Positions 1 to 13,439 of a DNA stretch of 64,000 bases are shown piece by piece. A program made the translations under genes and the position numbers. Location of the stretch: the NCBI GenBank assembly GCA_023213395.1, contig CM041465.1:210001741-210065740 (forward strand). Direction: 5' to 3'. The first letter of the stretch is position 1. Each line of letters starts with the position of its first letter. The notes under the pieces are model-generated. The model was not told the DNA's origin and searched no databases. It saw nothing but the letters and a program-made list of their open reading frames with translations. The DNA is from Cycas panzhihuaensis. Its lineage: Eukaryota > Plantae > Cycadophyta.

Positions 1-2594
1 CATAATTGATTTGCTACTGATATTTTAATGGATATTTCCCTTCAATAATCTAGTTGTCCTGGATAGTTTGAGTATACCATTTGGGTAGCTTTTTGACTGA
101 TGTGACTTGAACCTCAATATCTTTTAGTTAGAGTAGTTGATCAACAGCAGATGTGCTAGGATCAAGTGGAGCAAATTCTGATGATGTAGAAGGGAAGCTG
201 GTGCAGATGATATGCATGGTATGGAAATTTGAGAGGGAAGTCTTCAAGAGGAGGTTGGATGGATATTGATTCCAACTCCTTATATTCATCTTTGGCAAAG
301 ATTACATCTCCTGAGAGATACATTTTCTTACCAACAGGATCATATAATATGTATGCCTTACTGTAAATGGCATAACCTACAAAGATATAAGACTATGTTT
401 ATCTAGCTTAGATCTTTGTTGATTGAGGATGTGCATATATGCAGTGCACCCAAACGTCTTCAAATGACTAACAGTAGGGTTTTTGTCAGACCAAGCCTCC
501 TCTAGTGTGATGTTAGTCACTGCTGATGTAGCACTTCAATTTGCCACATAGGCAGTTGTGTGAAATGCTTCTGCCCAATAAGCTCGTAAAAGTCCTTTTG
601 CATGCAGCATAGCTCTGACTTTATTTGCCAAAGTCCTATTCATTTGTTCAGAGACTCCATTTTATTGAAGAGTATAAGGAACTATGAGCTGTCTCCAATG
701 TCATTATACTTGCAGAAGTGAATGAATTCCTTTGAAGTGAATTCACCCATTGTATGATCTTAAAATCTTGATTGAGTGGCTAGATTTATTCTCCACTTCA
801 AGTTTGAATTCTCTAAACTTTTAGAATACTTCATATTTCTGTTTAATGAAATAAACCCAAACTTTATAAAAAATCATCTATAGAGGAGATGCAGTATAAT
901 GCCCCTCCAAATATGTCATGAACATAGGTCCACATAAATTTGAATGAATTAGCTACAAGGTATATGACGCATACCATGCTTTGTCTTTAAGAAAAAGTTG
1001 TTGATGTTGTGACCCCATAATATAAGTTTCACAAAGACATCTTGATCCATAAAGTCTTGGAAGCCCATGCACCATGTTTTTGTTCATCATCATCTTAATG
1101 TTGTCTAAGATTAAGTGACCTAGACGATGATGCCAAAGTTGGATCTTTGACATTGATTAAGTGGCAGAATATGCAGTATCAAATGTAATATTGTTTGCAT
1201 CCATTTTATAAAGCCCATGGTCTTTATGACCAATGGCCACCACCTAATCATACTTGTCACTAATAATACATTTCCCACTTTTATACAAAATGCCCATCTG
1301 TTGCTTATCCGATTGGTTAACAAATAGTAGGCTCTTCTCTATGGAAGGGATTAAGTTGGCATCTCTAGTGGGAAATGTAGATGAAGGATTTGAACAAGAA
1401 TAAAATGAGGCAACTTTGCCTATACCTAAAATCTGAACTAATTCATTGCTACCAAAGGTCACCGATTGAACCATTCCTTCTTTGATGTCATAGAGTAGTT
1501 CTTCACTCCTTGTCATATAATGAGATGCACTTGAATCGATGATCCATGTTTGATCAATATTTGATGTATGATAATCATAAAATAGCTTATCCTCATCTAT
1601 GAACTGATTAGAGTGGCATTGATTTCCACCTCTGAAACCCCCCCTTCCTCTTTGACCTCCTCGATATGCACCTCAATTTGGTCAAAGGGGTTGTTGTTGT
1701 TGTTGCTGAAAGTGTTGCTGCTATTGGAACTGCTGATAAGGCTACTATTACCTTTGATGCTATTGGTATGGCTATTGTTGTTTGTGCTATTAGAGATTAG
1801 CTTTCTTTTTTCAACATTCAGGAGCTATGTGGGCAACCTTGCTACAATAATGATAGATAACATTGTCTTTTAAGGTGTCAATATTTATGTTCCTAAACTA
1901 TTTTATGAGTGAAGGTTTAGGACCTTTCTTGGTTTTCAACTTGGCCATAAATACTCCTAATGTAGATGGTTCATCATTTTCCCTAAGGTAGATTTTCAAC
2001 TCCTAAAGTAATAAACTTTCAAGTTGATTGAAAGTTATAGTTGAAAGTGAGTCATTCTGTGTAATGGATGAAATGAATCCATTGTAATCTTTAGGCAATG
2101 CATACATGATTATCATCATAAGCTCGTCTATGGAAGCTAATTTGCTTAATGTATTCAATTCATTACAAATTTATTTAATAAAAGAAAAAAAATGTTGACA
2201 TAGGCTTTACAACTTTCAAAGAGTAAAGCTTTGCTTTCACCAACATCATGGGAGCTTCATCTTACCTTCCATACAAAGAGAACAAAGTGCCTCAAGCTTT
2301 CTTTAAAGTTTTTGCACAAACAATATTTTGATTAACATGTACACCAATAATCATATGCAAAAATGCCAAGAAATTTTCATCCTTGGATTCCCATGTAGCA
2401 ACATAAACTAGATTGGGTTCAACAATAATGCCATCATGTTCCATATGTATATGTTGGGGAAATTTTCTAGGAATATATCCATAAAATTCATTCATTATCA
2501 AGAGGTTTTTGTGTTTTTACCTTTTTCATTCTTGATAATTATCTTGACTTGTTAATTTGATAGTGCATACATTAATCATGTTTGAAGTAGCCAT
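1..2594 (-). pseudogene. Decayed Ty1/Copia gag-protease-integrase (element Z), runs off the left edge
   Basis: ATG at 2594 (MATSNMINVCTIKLTSQDNYQE*K). Protease motif TWIIDSSASHYMT near 1510-1550, GAG-pre-integrase LWHHRLGH (ORF 953-1153), integrase LIHSNLCGPM and HLKTFGCTAYMH. Many stops and frameshifts. Confidence 0.92.
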
Positions 2595-5053
2595 GTTGAA
2601 GTTGTAAACTCTTGAAGCTAGTAGATGAACTTGGAAACTCAAAGCTTTCATTGCTTAAATTCTAACTTTTAACAAGCCAATAGTCCTACTCTTACTAGAA
2701 GATCCAATAACTAAATGAAATGATGAGGGTTGGAGGACTAGGCTATTGAGTTGGTTCAACCCTAATCTATAAGGGAGATCTAATGGTTGACCAAGTCAAA
2801 TATAGAACAAGGTAGGTAGGGTTTAGCTACATGGACATACTATGCTTTCCTTAGGATTCATAGCCCTAATAACACTCTTTTTGAACCTCCTTTTCCTTAA
2901 GAAACCTTAATTGTTGTGCATTAATCGTATAATCAATTGGTCCCTTAGGGAATGCACCAAGCTTAAGGTAATTTCAGAGGTAAGGTTTGAATCTTTTTCG
3001 GGCCTCTCCCATCAGATTTTAAAGTCACTTTTTAAAGATGTTTAAGTGGACTTTAGATTGATTTTACTTAGTTGATGTACTTATGAAATAGTACTTTATA
3101 ATTCAGCTTACAGTGGGCTTTAAAATGAAGCAAAGTATATTAAACAAATAACACAAAAATGTGTTTTATAGTGGCACTTTAAAAGATGAAAAAAATGCTT
3201 AAGAAACCAAGTAAAAACAAGTGAAAAAATAAGCCTTTTTACTTAAATGAGATGAAACAAGTGAGTTCCTTTTGATGAAAAAAAATGACACTTGGAGATA
3301 TGGATGAGTCACTTTATAGACACTAGCAGCCAAGTGTTAGGACTTAAAATAGTTCTAACCAACCACAAAAAATGAGTGATTTTTTACTAAAAAAGTGAGT
3401 TTTAAGCCACTTTTTGAACTAGGGCACTAGGTCACCACACAGGGAGCTTTAATAAAAACACTTTAAAAAGTAATATTTTGCTTTTACAATGATGAAAAAG
3501 ACTTAAAAAATGTCACATATTTAGTCACAAAACACAAATGCAATTTTTTTATATGTTAAGTGAAGCTCAAAATATTTAGAATATGTTTAGATAGCCTTTA
3601 ATTAATAAAACATTAATTTAAAAACTCTTAAAAAGTAAACTTTAGGTAACTTAAGATATATTGAAATAAGAATATTCAAAGAATATTCTCATTTTAATAA
3701 CCTAAAGTTTGAAAGGTAAAGTAAAAAATTTGATAAAAAAAAATTAAAATACGAAGTCGCAGCCGTCGTGCATCTCCATGAGGGAACAGATCATTCGATC
3801 TCATAATTACCGATCTAATCCTCACCAAAAATGATATGCAAGCCTGAAATGATCAGACGTAGATGCCCCAAAATTTTTAAACATCTTGATTCATCATACA
3901 AGATATACGAATCATTTGAAGTGATAAAGGGCATGTGGCCCACAGTGAGGAGAGCAGATAACTGTGGAGGTTAAAGGCTATCATACGATCCAAAAAAAGT
4001 GATGCAAGACTCGCATAGGGTTGTTGAATCTTTCAAGAGGAGCAGAGTTCAGTAAGAAGGGTTACTCTTTAAGTTTTAGAGCTACTGTGATGTGAAATGA
4101 CACCCAATTGAGGAGAGGATTGTGTAGAATAGCAGGGATAGTTATACAATTGTCTAGGATTACAAACCCTTTCCAAAAGAACTTCTAAACTCTTTTTTAA
4201 TAACCACCAAACCTATAATGATCAATAAACAGAAGATGACAAGTAGATCTGAGCAATTTTATTTTTAAAAAAATTGCCTTATAAGTAGAAAAATAGCCTA
4301 GAACAGTGAAAAAATCTTTGCAAACTAGGTGCAGGCTGAATGGAATGAAGGAGGGACTAATTTCTAGTCACAATCTCATACAAACTCTTGAGATTTGCTT
4401 TAAATTTGTAAAAAAAAAAATTCCTTTAAAAAAAGACAGAAAATCATTATTTTTGAAGTAAAATCAGTAAAAAATAGTAATAGATCTAACTAGCACAGTT
4501 AGAAAATTGCAAAAAATTAGTTGTTATCCATAAATAAGAACCAAAAGACTAATTTATAGTCAAAATTTTGAGTAAACTCCTGATATCTATAAAAAATTCT
4601 TCAAAAAATATTTTTTTAATGAAGAAATAATAGTGAAAAATAATATTTTCAACAATATTTAACTATTGCACCATTGAATCTTATCTGAAAAAAAAAAAAT
4701 TAGATTTGAAATGAGCTTGCTCCAGCGTGCAAGTAGCTTGAAAATACTTTGACCTGTTAAAAAATAGGATAAACAAGCCTTGAATCGCCTTCGAAATGCG
4801 AAGGTCATCACTAAAGCTTTGTAAACCCTAACTAGATCTCTTAAAAGAAAGAAACCAGAACAGAGAGGAATACCCTTCTACTACTCTAAAACTAAATGTT
4901 GAAGATGGCATTTAGCCTACATAAACCATGATTTAGAAATATGTTTTACTCTAGTTCTAAAATCAAGAAAATCAACATGAATAATGAAAGCTTCTCAAGT
5001 AAACAAGATAATAGATCAAAACATGAAAGAGTTTAAGCAAGATAATACCAAAA

Positions 5054-5476
5054 TGTGGAGGAGATGGAATTAGTCCAATCTCTAAATGAATATCAATTTG
5101 ATTAGTAAACTGGCAGCATAACAATATAGCTCAAACTATATATGAGATACATGAGAAGTGGTCTTAATATATAGAGTTACAGAAGAGACCTAAGGTGCTA
5201 GATGTTTGATAAGTGTCAAACATCTAAGCTACATCTTTTGCATGGAGGATATATGTCCTTTAGGGCTCTCAAGTGAGAAAAAGTGCATAAGGGTCATATT
5301 AACCCTTAAGTCACAATGTTATGTCACTAGGAAAAAATGTGAGTGTGCACTTTATCACTTAAATCATAGGTCACCCCATAAAGTATAAATATACATGAAA
5401 ATAAAGTATATATACTTAACATGTAAACATAAGGTTTAACATAATAATCATATTTTAGACTACGTGTATCCTTACA
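5054..5476 (-). mobile_element. Probable 5' LTR of element Z, with a ~2.4 kb leader at 2595-5040
   Basis: Minus strand runs TG(5476)...CA(5054), then ttt and a degenerate tRNA-iMet PBS tggtattatc (5041-5050). TATA-like ctctatatattaag inside. The partner LTR is outside the window. Confidence 0.6.
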
Positions 5477-5568
5477 ATCTCCTTGAATAATAACCTTACT
5501 ATTCTACTTGTATTATTAGTCTTCTTATATTAATAAAATAAGCCATTTTATAAATCTATTTATTATTA

Positions 5569-7100
5569 TGTGATGTGAATCTCAAGGGATAGATGGGTCT
5601 TATGCAACTCAATTCAGGACCCAAGGCAAGAGGCCCAAGTCAAAGAAAGGAGCTTGATGACTTTATGTCATGACACTATGCATCTACATGGACATAGATA
5701 TGTGGTTGTAGGATGAATTAGTGAGATAGAAACATGTGTGCAAAAGAGGGAGATGCAAAAGGGATATGTGAAAGATTAGGCTCTTTAATTAGACTAAACT
5801 AAACTGAGCTAAATAATAAATAATAAGAGAAAAGGTCCTAAAGACCATAGAGTTGTCAAGACATGGATTCCACAAAGACTAATGCAGTCCTACGATCCTA
5901 ATCCCAAACTTTAACCTTCAAGGGTATTGACCTATCTTATTCCACATGATTAATCACCACTATTGGCATCCACTTAATCTTAAATATGTAAGGAGGACTA
6001 ACAAGATGTGAGATAAAAAGAAAATTAAACCATAGGATTAACTTGCTTGTGCATAAACTGATGGGGACTCCTCCCTCATTTTTAATGAGTCATTACAACT
6101 CTTGGAGGTGAAATAGAAGGAAAAAACATGTTGTTAATGGGATGAATGGTGTTTACTTGATTCTCAAATCCATACATATCTATGATAATCACCCATTACT
6201 AGATCATTTGGAACATAATGAAGATCTGCCTGACCTCAAGTGTAAAACCACCCTCACTTAATTGATAATAAAATCTAATTAAGTTTGAGTAGCCCCTCCT
6301 TTAGAATGAGTGAGACCCTATCCCTAGAAAGACCAAAGAGTAGAGAATAAAAATTTAAATGCAACTACATACCATTTTGATTAAATGCATGCAACAAAAT
6401 AGCCTAATTGAATATAGTGGATTTATAACCCACACTTTAGGGATTTGTAAAAGCATGTTGAATTTGCAAACCAATTAGGTCTCCTAAATGTCAATCCATC
6501 ACTCAAGTAAGACCCTTTTATTTTCTTCTTTTTCTTTTATGTGTGCTCGATTAAGCTAAAAAGTGACAATGATCAAAACACAAACAAATATGTAACATAT
6601 GCAATACAAAATGCATCTAAAATAGGAATGCCTAATGATCACATAAGAGAGTCAAAAAACATGATAAAATATGTACAATAATATGTGTGAGAATCTATTG
6701 TTACAAGTTTATTATATGTATTTGAGAGTGTGGTGTTTTGAACCATATTTGAAGGTTATAATGTGATGTTTTTGTTGGTGTTATCAATAAAGCAAGTTAT
6801 GGATCAAAATTTAATTTTTCACCTAAAAAGATATGAGTTGTCAAAAATAAAACCTATAGACAAGTTAATGAAAGTTCTAGAAAATAAAAGGCTAAGAGCA
6901 AATAATGAAAATGATAATTCAAACCTAAGAATGAAGCACGAAACCTCTCAAACCATGATGATCAAATGTGTAGCAAACTCCATGAGTTGCTCACAACAAA
7001 CCTACAAAAAAAATCCAAAAATGAGTACTTGCTAGTGCACATGTTAGAAACAAGGAGTATTATATGGGATCAAGTTGAAATTAATCAAATCAAAGCATAT
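5569..7100. repeat. Non-coding retrotransposon-derived segment related to 38463-41267
   Basis: Starts tgtgat like 38465. Segment ~6357-6410 (aaatgcaactacataccattttgattaaatgcatgcaac) resembles the ~93-bp unit at 39294-39625. Boundaries are approximate. Confidence 0.35.
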
Positions 7101-9119
7101 AAAATTCACATAACTGAAGAAAAACCCTAAAACCCTAAAATGGAAACCATAAAAACTTCATACATTGGAAACACAATAAAATGATGAAAATGGCTCCTAT
7201 AATGACCTCAAAATTGAGTCACTAGAAGAAGAATATGTGTTCTTTAAGATGGTAGGATTTTGTTAGAGTTACAAGGTCTCAAAACAATGTTTTTAATGTT
7301 TCTAAAGTGAATAAGAAATTAGGGTTTCTATTAATTTTTGGTAAACAATATTGATTTTATCTAATGCAAAAGATCAATTAAATTTTTTGTTTAATTATGT
7401 TTTTGAGGCTGGTTTGTTTTTGCAAATAATGATGAACATTTGCTTGCCAAGTGTAAGGTTTTTAGCATAATTTAGAGTTGTAAAGTGACATTTCTAGGGT
7501 TATTGACAAGGTGTATGAATTAGGGTTTTTGCATGCAAAGTGTAACATGAAAATGGTTTGTTTTCAAATCAAAGTTTGCAATAATTTTGTAACCTTAATC
7601 GAAAGAGAAAAACATAGTAATGATATTAAGAAATTGAAGTGGAATTGAAGTTGTAGAAAATAAAAAATAAACTTGATCATTGTGGCTCAGAGGTCCATTG
7701 ATGCCTATGAATTTGTTGCATAAAGTTGCTTACTTGGTACATCATCTTTGATGGAAATGTTGTCTCTAAATCTGTGTCATTCTTCCTCCTTTCAAATCTA
7801 CTTGTTTGATATCCCTCTATTGATAAATTTAGATGGAAAGCTCCTTGAACCAAGTGCTTCCCTTAGAAAGCCCAAAGAATATTTTGTAGATGAAGTAGTT
7901 AGATTAAGACCCTTCACTACAATATCTTTTCTCTCACTAACTATAACAGCAATGGGAGTAACACTCAAAAACTTAAGAGTATTCCAAACATTTGAGGTTG
8001 TATCCAACAACACTTCACCATTATATATAAATGCCACCTGATGACCAATTTGGGTAAATATCCATCGTGTCTCCTAGAATTCACTATCTAAATCCTTAGG
8101 AAGCCTTTTCAAACTAATTTGATTCCCTTACCTAGTTCCTCCCATATTTGCTTAAACAAACATAAGTAAATTATTAGTATGACACAACCTCGTTTGATGT
8201 AGCTCTTTATATTTGAGGGTCTATGAACTAACCAGGGTCTAATTCACTTCCCATGTTCTCAGTCATGTAATGGCATTCTGACCTACATGATGGTCTTCTT
8301 GGCATTCTACCATCACTTTGTGGGTTTGACAACTCTGATTCATTCATGATGGCTCTTAGTTCATGAGCTTGTGTCTCAACTCTCCTCCCTCCTACATTGG
8401 CCTTCATCCCTTTACATGTATCAACTCTGCATGATAGGTAGTCTCCTTTACGAGCCTAATGCTCCACTCTTCCCATCTGTGTTCATTTAATATTTTATCC
8501 CCTCCTTTCGATCAAATTGTTTCCAACCTACTATCATCTGGTCACTGAAACTATAAACCATTGTATTATGAATCTTTTCGGTACCACTAATCTGTATAAA
8601 TTGGATGCTCATAGCCCCCAATAAAACAAACAATAAGAAGGCAATTAAAAAAAAAGGAAAAGAGAAAATAGCGTAACACAAGCATTACTTGTTTCAGTTT
8701 GTGATTTTTTATTTTGCAAGGTGGTGGAAAAAGCTGTCTTCATCCATTATCAAAATGCTAAGAAACCAGTAGGACAATGAAGTGATTAAAGCATATATTA
8801 CTAATAAAAATAAGAGACAAAGGGGTTTACATTAACACTCTTTTCTATATTCATGCTTTTCAATACTTTTAGACATGAAGTCAAGGGATTAATTCAAGTT
8901 TATTTGGGTGCATTTCAAAGGAGGTTTAGGTTTTAAGGGGATTGCATTGATTGAGTTATGAAATATGCATAAAATCCATATTTGCCTTCATCATTAGCTG
9001 ATTATTAAAGTCAACAAATGCAAATACATATGTATAACTCTCGACCAAATCAACTATTCATAACTCTAACCAAATACAAAATAGAAAAGCATAATTGGTT
9101 ATATTGGGGAGCCTAAAAG

Positions 9120-10089
9120 CAAGAAAACACTATGAAAACAAAATAATTTTCTCTTTGTGCAAGTGCAAATCCAACACAAAGCCTATCAAATGATTTTCCC
9201 ATAACCTCTCAAGTATGTATATGGGATAGTGTAGACATATGTTCTATTGTCTTCCTTTCCATATCTAACACATTCTATAATTTAGAGATAATTTATCTAT
9301 ATCTTTCCTCGTGTGTGGTTACTAAAATTTTTTACTAACTAATAAATACATTTTATTTTTACCAAAATGACCTCCTAGTCCACATGAGTGCATTTCCTAA
9401 ACTAGTTGTTCTTTTCTCGTTCTTGTCGAAATATATAATTGTGAATCTTTAAAAATATAATCATTATTAATCATGAATTCACTAAAATTTTCTTTACATG
9501 ACTTTCTTGGGTTAGTTAATGCTTTATAAGTCTTACCAAAATATGGGTCAACTACATACTCTTCTCTCATCTACTAAAAGACAATGACTTCATTGCTCAT
9601 TATGATAAGAAAATATCTTCTCATGCTTAGGGCATCTACTACCACATTTAACTTTTAACTCCTATCTTGCACCACAAAGTTGTAACTTTGCAACAGTATT
9701 ACCCACTTAACATGTCTTGCCTACTAACTTTGTTTGCTAATTGATGTACTTTAAAGTTTAATAATTGGTCAATAAAATAAATTATTTATATAATAGGTAA
9801 TGCCTCCAATACCTTATTGTTTACATAATAGCATATAAATCATGGTTGTATGTATTATGCCTTCTCTTCACATCATTCATGTTTTCACTAAAAAATGCAA
9901 TCCGTTTACCCTTCTAGTTAAGCATTCATCTAATTTCCAAACCTAATGCATTGCACTCAATAATAAATGGTTTCTCAAAATATGGTACTATAAGGTAGGT
10001 GCCTTAGTCACCTTCTTCATAAATAGCTCACATCTTCTATCTATTGATGTCATCCATGTGAAAGAATTCCCTCTTATGCAATCTATTAT
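9120..10089 (-). pseudogene. Ty3/Gypsy RNase H and integrase zinc-finger remnant
   Basis: Minus-strand reads include DCIRGNSFTW, KKVTKAP, IAFFSENMN, DLYAIM*TIRYWRHYL and the integrase zinc-finger start HSCGLGGHFG. Confidence 0.8.
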
Positions 10090-10365
10090 TGTTAGATTAA
10101 TGTCCATTTGAGTTATTAAAGGGGGTATCAGCATTTGGGTTGGTGGAGCCGCCTTTAGCCAACTCTAGCTAAAATTTGAATTACTTTTTAATGGTGTTTT
10201 TAAGCATCGAAGATGGTAAATAATGGGATCCCACCCAACATTTAATCTATTTATATTAGGCCTTAAGGCCCTTAGGTGTTCTTTAACACCACCAATACTC
10301 TTATAGAAATTTTGTTATTTTGAATATGGCTTTGTAGTTGTTCCCTCTAACTCCCACTTTCTTTA
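10090..10365 (+). repeat. 5' LTR of element A
   Basis: tgttagattaatgtccatttgag...cttta aligns end to end with 17457-17735. Confidence 0.92.
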
Positions 10366-11596
10366 TTTGATATCTGAGTGAGTGTGCCGAGCCTACAAAG
10401 CCTTACAAAGTATCATGATTGAATTGATTACACTTATATTTATATGATTGTCTTTGTCCGTATTAACATATAGTTTTATTTAACATTTTCTTGAGATTTA
10501 ACATGATTTTTTTTTTACTGAGCACTTTCCTTAGTGTAAGGCAAAGAGAAAGAAGATCAGGCTGTATCTTTAGGCTCACATTCCCCAGTAATTTATTCTC
10601 TCTTTAATCCCTGTCATTAAAAATCTATTTATATGGTTGTTATTGAGCTGTATTAATGTATATTTACCTCTGTTTTAGTTGGGCAACCTCTGTTTATCCC
10701 TATTTACCTCTGCATAGCTTATTTTAATTATTGTGTGATATGGGACTGCTATCTACATTTTTTTGCATAGAAATATCAATTATTTAGCTTCCATTGATCT
10801 AGGTGGATCATTTTTTTCCTGTTTGGCCCTCTGTTAGCACTCTATTATACCTGCATGGCCCTTCTCTTTCCCAGTTTAATTCAAGACTGGTATTTATACC
10901 ACCATGTGGTCTGTAACTCCCATCTCCATTAATTTGCATGATTGTTGGCCCAGTTCAGGTTGTGTGGCCTTTGATTCACCTTTTAACACTTTCATAGGGG
11001 TGGTTTCAACCTTAGAAGTACTTATGTGGCCCTATGTGGCATTATACTTTCTGGATGATGAGCCTTTGTAGCATTTTTTTATTATGAGGAGATTGATTCT
11101 GACCTAAAGACATTCAGAGTGACATTTAAAGGTGAGTACAAAAGTGAATAAAATCAAAATTTTGCTCTAATTTCATTGATTTGAAGTGAACTAAGGATTA
11201 GGACATTGTCTCTGGCTTCATCAGACTCCTGCAAATTATTCAACAAGTGAAACTATATCATATAACCATTTGTTCTAATCCTGACAAAGTTACCTATATA
11301 GTGGAGAAGAAGGATCAAAACTTCATCACTTATGGAGAGAGATTTCATCTTTTGTATCCACTCTATCTCACCATCCTTCAAAAATCACTTCGTGCTTTAT
11401 TTATTTTTTAAAATTTTTTTGTTTTTATTTATTTACATTTTATTTTTATTTGATAAAAATATAATCTCTTGAATTTATAAACTGTTTGATCAATCTTCAT
11501 CGATTGAATTGATCTTTTTTCAATCGATTTTATGCAAATTTTTCATCGTAGATCTACGTAGTTAACGTTTGTGTAGCTTTATCTTTTAAAACTTTG

Positions 11597-12097
<501 letters not shown>

Positions 12098-13439
12098 GTA
12101 TTTATTTATTTATTTATATTACAAAGGTTTTTTTATAAATTAAATTAAATTAAATTTTTTTTAGAGCCTATAGCCCCATTCCCACTAATAAGTGGTCTAT
12201 TTTTCATTCCATGTTACCTCAGTTTTCAAAAAAAGGGGCAAACTTGAAAATATCATAAACTCTTTTGGATAATTTTTTATTTTTTAATTTACAATATTTT
12301 GGAATCTGCAACCCCTTTCCCACTAGTAGGTAGTCACATACAAAGAATCAATGACTAGGGGCCACATCGCTAAAGGGGCTTAAAACTAACCCTCTGATTT
12401 TTTCACCATAAAAAGGTTTCTTAGTTATTTTCGCAATAACTTCTTATCTAGGAATATATTTTTCAAACGGTTTAAACTGTCGAAAAGATGATTGAGAGCA
12501 CTACAATTTAGAATTACTTTGAGACTAATTTGAATCTATTTTGTAGGAGTTATAAGTTGTCAAAGTTAACATGCTTATTTGATCCATATTTGAGCATTTT
12601 TTATTAATTTTTAAGGCTATATTTTGATTTTCTTCAAGGTTATTATTGCTACACCATAGTACTAACTGTTGTTAATAGTTTTAATCAATTATTTGAACTT
12701 CTAAGTGTTTGGTAATTAATCTTATGTGGGATTACTTTTGAAGGTTAAAGAAATCACTCTTGGATCAAATTTTCACAACAAGAGCTCTTTAAACCTTCTC
12801 TTAGTTTAGTTTCCTTCATTTAATTTTATTTATTTTTAAAGTTTTCAATTTCATATTTATTAAAAGGAACTTTATTTGTAAGAAAGACTACAAAATCATT
12901 ATTAATTTAACACATTAATAAGATAATTCTTTAATCAACTACACTTTTTTCAACCTTATAAGGAGAACAATTAGAACCCCTGAAGTTACCACCCCATATA
13001 CACACCTGGTCTACTCTAATTTATTGAGGAAACCATTGGTTATAAGGTATAATAGGTAGTAGGCTGAAGTGGAAAACCTTACCTTTAGAGTTTGGAGACT
13101 AGGCTAGACCTAGAGGGGGTGAATGCCTTGGTTGGTCAAGTTCTTACCACTAGATCTATCACTAGGTATAAGTCCAGCATAGGTGAACCAACAAATCATG
13201 GGGGTCTTAGACCTTCTTAGAAGCTCACGTATTGAGGTATATAAAGCCTTCAACTCATGTACTAGTATATTAGATCCCTAGTTTACCACTTGTGAGCATG
13301 CGCTATTAAACATGACAGCAATTGAGAGCTTTCCTTGGAGACCCTAAGACTTAGAATTCTAGATTTAAAGCCTCCTAAGTAGATAAGACACAAAGACACT
13401 TACTATTTTGGGGTACACTTAAAGTAATTTGAGTTTACA

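Noticed and set aside
5477-5490. PPT-like aaggagat on the outer side of the Z LTR, implying a tandem element
   Set aside because: The tract is too short and no matching internal sequence continues beyond it.
7121-7140. Telomere-like aaaccct repeats
   Set aside because: Only two imperfect units; such telo-box motifs are common in plant repeats.
12436-12553. loxP-like site (ataacttcttatc matches 11/13 of a loxP arm)
   Set aside because: The arms are ~90 bp apart rather than 8, the right arm matches poorly, and no recombinase is present.
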